A stretch of 47,552 bases of DNA from an uncultured Syntrophomonadaceae bacterium (GCA_964646795.1 CAZYHL010000001.1:1-47552); one strand, 5' to 3'. Counted from the stretch's first letter, positions 1 through 6,683 are shown. The notes: generated from the sequence alone by a model not told the origin. Program-made: numbers and translations.

Positions 1-55
1 AGCGTGATAACCCAGTTGGCCTTCGCATTGCTCAGAATAGCCTTTTCTCCAAACT
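1..55. repeat. terminal overlap, identical to 47498-47552 (circular closure of the contig)
   Basis: Direct comparison: the first 55 nt (agcgtgataacccagttggccttcgcattgctcagaatagccttttctccaaact) recur as the last 55 nt. An ORF stays in frame only if the two copies are merged. Confidence 0.95.
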
Positions 56-194
56 GAGCTACCGCTTCAGCCAGAGCAGCTTTAGGATCTGCGTCGATGT
101 CAGGGAACTTCACTGTGAGAGTTGCCAAGAGATCGGCAGGTCTGTTATCTTTTTCTGACTTCGGAAGTTTCGCATCAATTTTAAGGTCGATCAT
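1..194 (-). CDS. hypothetical protein, N-terminal part of a 127-aa gene crossing the window ends (ATG at 194; continues 47497 down to 47308)
   Basis: Manual translation gives MIDLKIDAKLPKSEKDNRPADLLATLTVKFPDIDADPKAALAEAVAQFGEKAILSNAKANWVITL, then across the junction QGNMRSRLKK...KAFIQELMK-TAA. It has its own promoter (273-302) and terminator (47251-47281). Confidence 0.7.
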   Translation of the reverse strand, partial: MIDLKIDAKLPKSEKDNRPADLLATLTVKFPDIDADPKAALAEAVAQFGEKAILSNAKANWVIT

Positions 195-272
195 TTAATC
201 AGTCCTTTCATTAGTTGTTTCGAAAATACTAATTGGTTGTTAAAGTTTGTCGTCACGATTGACGATTTTTGA

Positions 273-302
273 ATTGTAACATTACTGCGATGGAGTTGTC
301 AA
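273..302 (-). promoter_or_regulatory. sigma70-type promoter with extended -10 (early class with conserved spacer box)
   Basis: The minus strand reads TTGACA-actccatcGCAGTAATGt-TACAAT (18-nt spacer, TGn before the -10). It lies about 80 nt upstream of the ATG at 194 and has the same layout as 3545-3574 and 4753-4782. Confidence 0.6.
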
Positions 303-317
303 TAACAATTTTGCGTA

Positions 318-539
318 CTAGTCAAAATAATTTTCCTCCTCATCTTTTCCAAAGACATCATCCTGACAACTTTGACACATTCCTGAGATCTCGTACTCCT
401 TTCGTGATAAGTCATTTTTAAATTCAGTAATAGGATTCTTACAGAGTGTACATATCTGCCTCTCTGCAGCTTCTTAACGTGAGACACCTGTGATGGATGT
501 TAGGAAGTTATCTATTTCTGGTGATTTGTTAGTAGGCAT
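318..539 (-). pseudogene. small CxxC...CxxC zinc-ribbon gene interrupted by a single in-frame TAA (474-476)
   Basis: ATG at 539 (TAATG overlap with the upstream stop, GGAGG just upstream). One frame reads MPTNKSPEIDNFLTSITGVSR-TAA-EAAERQICTLCKNPITEFKNDLSRKEYEISGMCQSCQDDVFGKDEEENYFD-TAG. The N-terminus resembles that of 2198..2404. Confidence 0.5.
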
Positions 540-850
540 TATTCCTCCTCATTAAAGACAAGATACGAAGTATCTAACTCGCCATAAGTTACATATACTA
601 TACTCCAATGATGAGTTGCTTTTAGTAGTTCCATGAACCATTTCCTTCTTTTATCTCCTTCATCACTTTCGTTCCAGCCTTCTTTACTTCCATCAGGAGG
701 GCAGAGGATAGTACAGTATCCATTAACATTAGCCCTATGGAATAGGAAGTAATCATTAAGTTTCTCTTTCTCTATCTTGCTACATACTTGATTAAATACT
801 TCTTCATCCCAAGTTGTAGCAATTATAGCATGATGCTGAATTAGGCTCAT
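539..850 (-). CDS. hypothetical early protein (103 aa)
   Basis: ORF track. AAAGGA RBS upstream of the ATG at 850, with a PAL25 copy 17 nt upstream. Confidence 0.75.
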   Translation of the reverse strand: MSLIQHHAIIATTWDEEVFNQVCSKIEKEKLNDYFLFHRANVNGYCTILCPPDGSKEGWNESDEGDKRRKWFMELLKATHHWSIVYVTYGELDTSYLVFNEEE

Positions 851-867
851 AGTCGTCCTTTCTTGTT

Positions 868-892
868 AGTTCATACAAAATTTGTAGAGACT
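868..892. repeat. PAL25 copy (intergenic)
   Basis: agttcatacaaaatttgtagagact. The right end overlaps the minus-strand TAG stop (891-893) of 891..1091. It lies 17 nt upstream of the start at 850. Confidence 0.85.
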
Positions 893-1091
893 ATATTTGA
901 ATCGTAGGCCTCTTACTCTTAGCCCATTCTTGAAAGAGTTCTCTAACTTGCTCATAACAACTACGACATAAATCAGATGACTCTGGAACTAGGAAGTTTA
1001 ACTCTCCTGAAAGCTTCACCTTGAAATGGTCTGCAGGGCCAAGGATTTTATCTTGGCAAGCATCACATCGAACTCCATATTCCCTAGTCAT
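891..1091 (-). CDS. small 4-Cys zinc-ribbon protein (66 aa)
   Basis: Start revised to the ATG at 1091, with GAGGAGGAA 5 nt upstream. Sequence MTREYGVRCDACQDK...SDLCRSCYEQV carries CxxC...CxxC. Confidence 0.7.
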   Translation of the reverse strand: MTREYGVRCDACQDKILGPADHFKVKLSGELNFLVPESSDLCRSCYEQVRELFQEWAKSKRPTIQI

Positions 1092-1248
1092 CAGATTCCT
1101 CCTCTTCATTGTCATAGTCATCTAAGTCATAGATTTCTTCATCTGCAAAGCCATACTCTTCTATAGTACAAAGTCTACATAGAGTACGTTCACCTGCTTT
1201 GTAAAGTTTGTTTACAAATCTATCACATTCATCACAGAAACCTGCCAT
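1084..1248 (-). CDS. small zinc-ribbon protein with acidic tail (54 aa; below the ORF-track cutoff)
   Basis: Manual translation: MAGFCDECDRFVNKLYKAGERTLCRLCTIEEYGFADEEIYDLDDYDNEEEESDD. GGAGG from PAL25 copy 1255-1279 lies 7 nt upstream. ATGACTAG overlap with the next gene. Confidence 0.65.
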   Translation of the reverse strand: MAGFCDECDRFVNKLYKAGERTLCRLCTIEEYGFADEEIYDLDDYDNEEEESDD

Positions 1249-1254
1249 GGTTTA

Positions 1255-1279
1255 AGTTCCTCCAAATTTTGGATGGACT
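1255..1279. repeat. PAL25 copy (intergenic, CCTCC variant)
   Basis: agttcctccaaattttggatggact. On the minus strand the arm reads GGAGG and serves as the SD for the ATG at 1248. Confidence 0.85.
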
Positions 1280-1281
1280 AT

Positions 1282-1533
1282 TTAACCTTCTAATTTCTCA
1301 AGAGTTTTAGAATCATACTTTTGGCCATTACCTATGCCAAATATTCCATAAGTTACATTGTCAAAACACTTAGGACAAAATAGTCCCCAATGACCGCTTA
1401 TAGATCTAGCATCTGCAAACCAGTTAGTATTAGCTAAATCTACTTTGCATTCATCACAGGTATGAGGCCAACTACCTTCCCACTTCTTCTTTTCCATAAC
1501 TACCTCCACAATTAGATGAGTGTCTAAGCTCAT
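1282..1533 (-). CDS. small 4-Cys zinc-ribbon protein (83 aa)
   Basis: ORF track: CDECKVDLANTNWF...GLFCPKCF. Confidence 0.7.
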   Translation of the reverse strand: MSLDTHLIVEVVMEKKKWEGSWPHTCDECKVDLANTNWFADARSISGHWGLFCPKCFDNVTYGIFGIGNGQKYDSKTLEKLEG

Positions 1534-1537
1534 GAGA

Positions 1538-1681
1538 TTATCCTTTTAATGCAAGGAGCCACAACACCAAGTTGCCCAAACCTAACAAGGCGATAGTTAT
1601 TTTATATATAACTATCCGCCTATTCTGTTTTTCGTGAAAGTGTACTAGACGTATATAGTCTACGTGGTCGTTGAGTGACAT
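1538..1681 (-). CDS. possible 47-aa protein with hydrophobic C-terminus
   Basis: Manual translation: MSLNDHVDYIRLVHFHEKQNRRIVIYKITIALLGLGNLVLWLLALKG. Preceded by GGAGGATTAGTTATG, the same 15-mer as at 1804-1818. It contains the hairpin 1589-1620, so it may instead be non-coding. Confidence 0.35.
   Translation of the reverse strand: MSLNDHVDYIRLVHFHEKQNRRIVIYKITIALLGLGNLVLWLLALKG
1589..1620 (-). terminator. hairpin, possible attenuator/terminator inside the early operon
   Basis: ggcgatagttat / ataactatccgcc arms (one bulge) around an AT loop. Moderately T-rich flanks on both strands. Confidence 0.3.
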
Positions 1682-1692
1682 AACTAATCCTC

Positions 1693-1806
1693 CTACCAAT
1701 ATTTACTAATGAAATGCCAAACTACATAAGCAATAGTTCCAACTGTTGCTATCCATAAGGCTAGTGCAACTATGACTACTATAAGTGGAACATATATAGT
1801 TCTCAT
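1693..1806 (-). CDS. 37-aa hydrophobic micro-protein
   Basis: Manual translation: MRTIYVPLIVVIVALALWIATVGTIAYVVWHFISKYW. GGAGGATTAGTTATG context. Its stop TAG overlaps the next RBS. Confidence 0.5.
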   Translation of the reverse strand: MRTIYVPLIVVIVALALWIATVGTIAYVVWHFISKYW

Positions 1807-1808
1807 AA

Positions 1809-2195
1809 CTAATCCTCCATCTCAGGAATTTCCTCTACTTCACTCGGTAAAGGTACTTCCTCTACCTCTGGTAATACTATATTCATTTCCTTGAGCATGT
1901 TAGCTAATTCGTTAGCAGTGAGGCCACCTAAGTATTGCTTAGCCTCTTCAGCCTGATCTATCCTAGCCATCTTAGCATTGCGAATGCTTCTGGATGACTT
2001 GGCTTCTTCAATCCTCTGTAGTCTACCATCAACTTCTGCAAGTGCATAGTCTGCACGCTCAAACTCTGCCTTAGCATCTTCGTATTGCTTGAGGAAGGCT
2101 TCATAAGTAATGCGAATCCCTTCGTACATATCCTTTGTACGAACAAGCTCTTTCCAAGCTGCAGTGCGTCTAGTTTGTAATGTAGCTATATCCAT
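1809..2195 (-). CDS. hypothetical coiled-coil protein (128 aa)
   Basis: Start revised to the ATG at 2195 (MDIATLQ...), with GAGGAAGG 7 nt upstream. Confidence 0.7.
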   Translation of the reverse strand: MDIATLQTRRTAAWKELVRTKDMYEGIRITYEAFLKQYEDAKAEFERADYALAEVDGRLQRIEEAKSSRSIRNAKMARIDQAEEAKQYLGGLTANELANMLKEMNIVLPEVEEVPLPSEVEEIPEMED

Positions 2196-2197
2196 AA

Positions 2198-2404
2198 CTA
2201 TTCCTTCCTCTTCTGATTCAACCACAAAGGTTTCATTTCACTAAACTCACGATAACTACGCGATAGACAACAGATAATTGCTTCAGGTAGAGAACCCTTA
2301 AATTCCATCTCACTTGGATAATACTCTTTATGTTCTCTACCTGTATGAAGTAAGTGAGATGTGAGGTATGGATTGAGTGACTTTGAATTTGGATTAGTTG
2401 GCAT
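2198..2404 (-). CDS. hypothetical early protein (68 aa)
   Basis: ORF track. GAGGATGAATAATG context. The N-terminus MPTNPNSKSLNPYLTS is paralogous to the N-terminus of 318..539. Confidence 0.6.
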   Translation of the reverse strand: MPTNPNSKSLNPYLTSHLLHTGREHKEYYPSEMEFKGSLPEAIICCLSRSYREFSEMKPLWLNQKRKE

Positions 2405-2468
2405 TATTCATCCTCATGATACATTTTACCACAAGTCCCAACCAGTTGTCAAGAACTAATGAAGTGAA

Positions 2469-2493
2469 AGTTCATACATAATTTGTACGAACT
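2469..2493. repeat. PAL25 copy (intergenic)
   Basis: agttcatacataatttgtacgaact. The right end overlaps the minus-strand TAG stop (2492-2494) of 2492..3103. Confidence 0.9.
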
Positions 2494-3103
2494 ATTCAAT
2501 AGAACCTTTCTTCATATCCTCTAGTGACATTCCATCTAGAGTATTCATTAACTTCTTATCATTTTCAACAACTTGCTCAATTGTAGATTCTGAAATAAAG
2601 CCTTGTTCTTTATAGGCCTTAGTTCTAGCCAGTTTTTCTCTCTGCCCTTCCTCATACCTCTCTCTCTGTTTCTCAAGCCTAGCCCTATTATAGGCGTCCA
2701 TGTCTAGATCACTGCTAGGTGCTGGAACTACACTATGTTGATTATGTAGTATTGCATACGCCAAAGGATCAACCTGCTTAGGTTCATATCCTTCCTTCCT
2801 CATCATCTCGAATCTAGTAGCTGAAGCTATCTTCTTATACCCTCTTTTATCATTGCTAGCCTGAGTTAATCCATAGTCTATCATAAACTGCCTAGCACTG
2901 ACAAAGTCCAAGTCTTTCTTAATAGCTCCATTCTGCTCTAGAATATCAGATAGTAATTGCATACTCCAGTTAATTACCTGACTCACAGACTTAATCCTAG
3001 CACCTTCCCCTACCCAATATCTAGCTACTTCTGCCAGCGTAGTTAAATCTACTCTAGCTGACACACCTATACTACGTTCCTGTTTAATCTCATCTTCGTA
3101 CAT
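2492..3103 (-). CDS. hypothetical early protein (203 aa)
   Basis: ORF track. No motif recognised. Confidence 0.75.
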   Translation of the reverse strand: MYEDEIKQERSIGVSARVDLTTLAEVARYWVGEGARIKSVSQVINWSMQLLSDILEQNGAIKKDLDFVSARQFMIDYGLTQASNDKRGYKKIASATRFEMMRKEGYEPKQVDPLAYAILHNQHSVVPAPSSDLDMDAYNRARLEKQRERYEEGQREKLARTKAYKEQGFISESTIEQVVENDKKLMNTLDGMSLEDMKKGSIE

Positions 3104-3106
3104 AAT

Positions 3107-3337
3107 CTATTTATTCTCCTGAGTAAGTAAATAATGAGCTGCCATAATATTCCTGTATGTTAGCTCATCTTCAAATTGTTCTGGATAGTCACCTGATGCC
3201 TCAAGTGTATTTATTCTACTAAGCCAACAACTAGCTATCCTTTCCACTTCAGATAACCTAAGTGGAATAAACACAGTTTCATCATCAAACAACTGTACCT
3301 TAGCTATATGTCCTTTAGCCTCAACTCGCCACGCCAT
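3107..3337 (-). CDS. hypothetical early protein (76 aa)
   Basis: ORF track. First gene downstream of promoter 3545-3574. Confidence 0.7.
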   Translation of the reverse strand: MAWRVEAKGHIAKVQLFDDETVFIPLRLSEVERIASCWLSRINTLEASGDYPEQFEDELTYRNIMAAHYLLTQENK

Positions 3338-3544
3338 AGTTTCTCCATTATATTGTCATTCCATTATCATGTTATCCGTCACTCTATCCCGGTAGGCATA
3401 TTGCGATAATGGTATAATTGAGTAATGTTATAGCGTATAGTGTTATATCATTATCCCATTATACGTTATATATTTTTTTTATTACTCAATTATCTTGCTA
3501 CCCCCCTTTGGATAGCATAACACATAACACCATAATCAAATAAC

Positions 3545-3574
3545 ATCATAACATTACTACATACCAAATGTCAA
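3545..3574 (-). promoter_or_regulatory. sigma70-type promoter with extended -10 (early class)
   Basis: The minus strand reads TTGACA-tttggtatGTAGTAATGt-TATGAT (18-nt spacer). Confidence 0.6.
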
Positions 3575-3595
3575 TAACTACCTAACTACTCAAGA

Positions 3596-3618
3596 AAGAG
3601 GTAATCACACTACCTCTT
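3596..3618 (-). terminator. weak intrinsic terminator after 3645..4001
   Basis: 8-bp stem aagaggta/tacctctt with a 7-nt loop. The minus strand continues ttcttg. Confidence 0.4.
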
Positions 3619-3644
3619 GTCTTGAATAGTCGGTGCAAGACCTA

Positions 3645-4001
3645 TTACTTCTTAGGTCTGTCAAATCCAGTTAGAGCCTTAAACTCTTCATCAGAACAGG
3701 TTGCTAAATAGTTCTTAGCATTCTGTTTTTGGTCAACTGGAGTGCGTCCTCCCCTATAGTCCACAACTGTTACTCCAGACTGGATAGAGTTAAAGTTCTT
3801 ACGGGCACTAGCCTGCCAGTTGATGCGCTTATCCTTAAGGCTGGACTGGATGATATCAGAGAGTGGTATGCTGTCCAACTTGAAGCGTAACGTCCCTGTT
3901 TTCTTCTCTCTAGAGTCTTCATCACTCTTGATCGAAAACTCGATGTTAAACTCACCTGTTACACAATACTCACTCACTTTATCCTTAGCTATGTTATTCA
4001 T
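3645..4001 (-). CDS. hypothetical early protein (118 aa)
   Basis: Start revised to the ATG at 4001 (MNNIAKDK...), with AGGAG 5 nt upstream. The longer track ORF would run into PAL25 copy 4018-4042. Confidence 0.7.
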   Translation of the reverse strand: MNNIAKDKVSEYCVTGEFNIEFSIKSDEDSREKKTGTLRFKLDSIPLSDIIQSSLKDKRINWQASARKNFNSIQSGVTVVDYRGGRTPVDQKQNAKNYLATCSDEEFKALTGFDRPKK

Positions 4002-4017
4002 ACTCTCTCCTTTAAAT

Positions 4018-4042
4018 AGTCCATACATTTATTGTATGGACT
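4018..4042. repeat. PAL25 copy (intergenic, perfect 10-bp arms)
   Basis: agtccatacatttattgtatggact. Lies 16 nt upstream of the ATG at 4001. Confidence 0.9.
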
Positions 4043-4270
4043 GGTTATTGTTATCCACTCAATCCATCATATAGCCTCTCAACTCGTTTGTCAAGAGGCT
4101 AAATCATGAATCATTCAACGACTACTTCACAAACTACATACCAGTCACCTTGAATAGACTGGATTAGCTTACCAGGATATATTCTCTCTGGAAAGGATGT
4201 ATAGATCCTATGTACACTCTTTATTCCTGCTAGATGACCTTGCAGGTACATGATAGAATACTCTACATGC

Positions 4271-4372
4271 TTAAGCACGTTCCCACCTCCTATTCCTCCA
4301 ACTCCACTTCCATCCTTGAGACTTCATCCACTCGATGTACTTCCCGGTGTTCTTAATCAGGTTGTATCTCAT
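4271..4372 (-). CDS. possible 33-aa Trp/Arg-rich peptide, first ORF after the leftward promoter
   Basis: Manual translation: MRYNLIKNTGKYIEWMKSQGWKWSWRNRRWERA. Weak AAGGA RBS. Confidence 0.3.
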   Translation of the reverse strand: MRYNLIKNTGKYIEWMKSQGWKWSWRNRRWERA

Positions 4373-4412
4373 ATCCTATGTCCTTTCGTTCCAATTTGCT
4401 CGAACCATTACA

Positions 4413-4440
4413 ATCATACCACGCTGGCCATGTATGTCAA
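4413..4440 (-). promoter_or_regulatory. leftward sigma70-type promoter with extended -10
   Basis: The minus strand reads TTGACA-tacatggccagcgTGg-TATGAT (16-nt spacer). Confidence 0.65.
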
Positions 4441-4589
4441 GCTAATCGTGTAAATCATTTGTTTCCAACAATTTACGGCCAGATGGGGAAAATAGGCGCG
4501 GGAATGGGCTGGTTATGAGTCTCACATTTTGTCCCAACTATTAAACTTCGTACCAAATTGCACCATTAGTAACACTAACGAATGTGACG

Positions 4590-4614
4590 AGATTGTACAT
4601 TTTATGTATGAACT
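4590..4614. repeat. PAL25 copy in the divergent control region
   Basis: agattgtacattttatgtatgaact. Lies between the leftward (4413-4440) and rightward (4699-4782) promoters. Confidence 0.85.
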
Positions 4615-4698
4615 ATTTACGCTCATGCAGGGCAGCCTCCAGTGTGAAAGATAAGCTCTGCTTATCCTGCCAAATCCACCCAGATTAAAACGTTAAAG

Positions 4699-4727
4699 TT
4701 AGCAACTGTAGTAATGAGTACTATAGT
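4699..4727 (+). promoter_or_regulatory. rightward sigma70-like promoter (weaker -35)
   Basis: TTAGCA-actGTAGTAATGagtac-TATAGT (17-nt spacer). Contains the same GTAGTAATG box as the other early promoters. Confidence 0.45.
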
Positions 4728-4752
4728 ATGTCACTACGTACCAACTATTACA

Positions 4753-4782
4753 TTGACACATTAATTGCAGTAATGTTATCAT
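4753..4782 (+). promoter_or_regulatory. rightward sigma70-type promoter with extended -10 (early class)
   Basis: TTGACA-cattaattGCAGTAATGt-TATCAT (18-nt spacer). Lies about 80 nt upstream of the ATG at 4862. Confidence 0.6.
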
Positions 4783-4810
4783 ACAAATGATGGCAGTTAC
4801 TCCTTTGTAT

Positions 4811-4851
4811 ATGAGTGCTTAGGTTCCTTTGGAGGGTTCCTAGGCACTCAT
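4811..4851 (+). promoter_or_regulatory. 13-bp stem-loop / inverted repeat in the leader of the first rightward gene
   Basis: atgagtgcttagg (4811-4823) pairs with cctaggcactcat (4839-4851), including one G-U. The real RBS GAGGA starts 2 nt after the stem. Confidence 0.55.
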
Positions 4852-4861
4852 TGAGGATCAG

Positions 4862-5452
4862 ATGGCAACCGAACTTAATGACAAAGCAGATAGACAAAAC
4901 TTAATGTACGGTCAACTCATACGTGACTTCGATCAGCGTAGAGTTCCCAGGGAGGAACGTGGAACTTACGACATTAAACAGTTCTGGCAACGCCATCATG
5001 AAATCTGCAACCTAGCTGCCCAAGGTTACAAGCAAACAGATATTGCATACATCCTTGGGATCACTCCGCAGACAGTTTCCAACACCTTGAATTCGACATT
5101 AGGTGAAGAGAAACTTTCAGTAATCAGGGAAGAACGTGACCAAGATGCCAAGCGTACTGTGGAACGCATCCGAGTCCTTCGTGACAAAGCTCTTAAAGTC
5201 TATCAAGAGTTATTTGATGGCCAGGATGAAGATGGTAATCCTGTAGACTGTTCCATGGCTCAGCGTATCCACGCAGCTGACGTAGTCACTCTCGAACTCG
5301 CAGCTATGAAAGCCCCTACCAAGATCCAGGCCACATCCACCCACACTGTTCTCACAGGCGAAGAACTCCTTGCCATCAAGCAACGTGCCATTGATGAGGG
5401 CAAGAAGTGTGGGATGATAGTAGAAACTACCGCAGAGGAGGTCAAAGAGTGA
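4862..5452 (+). CDS. HTH DNA-binding protein (LuxR/GerE-like helix-turn-helix); regulator or small terminase candidate
   Basis: GYKQTDIAYILGITPQTVSNTL motif at about aa 55-76, followed by a charged coiled-coil region. First gene of the rightward arm. Confidence 0.5.
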   Translation: MATELNDKADRQNLMYGQLIRDFDQRRVPREERGTYDIKQFWQRHHEICNLAAQGYKQTDIAYILGITPQTVSNTLNSTLGEEKLSVIREERDQDAKRTVERIRVLRDKALKVYQELFDGQDEDGNPVDCSMAQRIHAADVVTLELAAMKAPTKIQATSTHTVLTGEELLAIKQRAIDEGKKCGMIVETTAEEVKE

Positions 5453-5892
5453 ACCAACGCACTATCGACCTCATCAAACAAAACGAAGGCTTCTCTGCCA
5501 CAGTCTATCTTTGCCCTGCAGGGTTTCATACAATAGGTTACGGCCACAACTGCGACGCTCACGGTGACCTCAATGCTTACATCAATCGCACTCTTTCTCC
5601 AGCAGAAGCTGATGATCTTCTTCTCTCCGATATAAGTGATGTTGAAAAAGATCTTACAAAATTTGTACGAACTTTTGATTCCCTAGATGAAGTACGCCAG
5701 GGTGTACTCATAGATATGTGCTTCAACTTAGGCATTGGTGGTCTGAAAAATTTCAAAAAATTTCTGAGACATTTGCTAGTTGGTAACTACAGATGGGCTG
5801 CACGTGAGATGTATGACTCTAAGTGGTTTAAGCAAGTCCCTCTTCGTGCCTCCAAGAATATGTTCATGATCCTCACAGGAGAATACTTCTAA
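5449..5892 (+). CDS. endolysin, GH24 (T4-type) lysozyme
   Basis: IDLIKQNEGFSATVYLCPAGFHTIGYGH matches the E..G..Y.D..G..TIGYGH lysozyme signature. GTG start in a GTGA overlap, preceded by GAGGAGG. Confidence 0.85.
   Translation: MNQRTIDLIKQNEGFSATVYLCPAGFHTIGYGHNCDAHGDLNAYINRTLSPAEADDLLLSDISDVEKDLTKFVRTFDSLDEVRQGVLIDMCFNLGIGGLKNFKKFLRHLLVGNYRWAAREMYDSKWFKQVPLRASKNMFMILTGEYF
5649..5673. repeat. PAL25 copy inside the endolysin CDS
   Basis: agatcttacaaaatttgtacgaact, coding KDLTKFVRT. Confidence 0.9.
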
Positions 5893-6377
5893 TGGGTGGC
5901 ATCTTGACAACCATAGGCTCTATCGCTGGAGGAGGGGTTAAAGACCTTGTCCTCGGCGTCTTAGATCGTATCAAGTTAGCCCCTGAAAAGAAGGCCGAAG
6001 TTGAACTTGCCATGGCTAACAATGCCCTCGAGTTGCAAAAGCTAGACTTCGAACTCCAGAAGAAACAACAGGACTATGAGCAATCTGTTACTGAATCTCA
6101 GAAGGCAATCATCGTAGCTGAGATGTCTCAAGGTGATGCCTACACAAAGAGAGCTCGTCCAACAATAGTCTACGCTGGTCTCGTCTTTGTAATCCTCAAT
6201 TACATAGTCCCTACCTACATGGGTTTCTTTGCAAACAAAGCAGTCCCAGAAGTCCCTATTCCTGCTGATTTCTGGTGGGTATGGGGAGGTGTTTGTGGTA
6301 CCTGGATCGTAGGCCGCTCTATGGAGCGTCGCGGTATAGGTATGTCTAAAACTACTAAATCCCTCACAGGAGTTTAA
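5892..6377 (+). CDS. holin candidate (resembles the GTA-type 3-TM holin family)
   Basis: The N-terminal LDRIKLAPEKKAEVELAM segment, coiled coil, then ARPTIVYAGLVFVILNYIV and further TM segments match my recollection of PF11351-like holins. Adjacent to the endolysin. Confidence 0.55.
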   Translation: MGGILTTIGSIAGGGVKDLVLGVLDRIKLAPEKKAEVELAMANNALELQKLDFELQKKQQDYEQSVTESQKAIIVAEMSQGDAYTKRARPTIVYAGLVFVILNYIVPTYMGFFANKAVPEVPIPADFWWVWGGVCGTWIVGRSMERRGIGMSKTTKSLTGV

Positions 6378-6683
6378 ATGTCTCATATCCTCGAAAGGTT
6401 TTTCACCCACTTTGCTGCATCGACTTTCTTAACCCTAGCATTTTTCTACGCACTTAATTATTGGCTTAGAAGAACATCCAAAGTCGGCATCTGGCTATCT
6501 TCTCGCAAAGAGCATTTATTAGTAACTTCAGCATTACTAGTCTTCTCCCTAATGACTCTTCGAGAGCCTTTCGATGTTTACTTTGGTACACAGGTATGGT
6601 ACAAAGCTATCACAGATCAAGTCTCCTGGTTCTTAGGTGCAGCAACTAGCGTATATGGCCTTTACAGATATAGTAAATCCTAA
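6378..6683 (+). CDS. multi-pass membrane protein (lysis accessory?)
   Basis: Three hydrophobic segments. AGGAG RBS. Follows the holin. Confidence 0.6.
   Translation: MSHILERFFTHFAASTFLTLAFFYALNYWLRRTSKVGIWLSSRKEHLLVTSALLVFSLMTLREPFDVYFGTQVWYKAITDQVSWFLGAATSVYGLYRYSKS

Larger units (their letters stand above)
3338..3644. promoter_or_regulatory. 307-bp AT-rich non-coding region with inverted repeats and hexamer arrays (candidate origin/control region)
   Basis: Perfect 13-nt inverted repeat ataattgagtaat (3414-3426) / attactcaattat (3481-3493). TGTTAT at 3370, 3426 and 3441 faces ATAACA at 3517, 3524, 3540 and 3548. T8 run at 3473-3480. Confidence 0.45.

Noticed and set aside
1-55. The terminal repeat as a biological direct terminal repeat
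   Set aside because: Exactly 55 nt (a typical assembler k) and a gene reading through the junction favour an assembly overlap of a circular or permuted genome. Read-end analysis would be needed to claim a DTR.
299-487. Track ORF of 62 aa on the minus strand
   Set aside because: It has no RBS and is in a different frame from the RBS-coupled zinc-ribbon frame 318..539, which explains the region better.
4111-4251. Possible 46-aa minus-strand ORF (MYLQGHLAGIKSVHRIY...GDWYVVCEVVVE)
   Set aside because: It looks protein-like but has no recognisable Shine-Dalgarno and no start-stop coupling, so it is too weak to annotate.
4250-4453. 67-aa plus-strand ORF in the divergent control region
   Set aside because: It is Pro/Leu-rich with no RBS, overlaps the leftward promoter and its first small ORF, and lies upstream of the rightward promoters.
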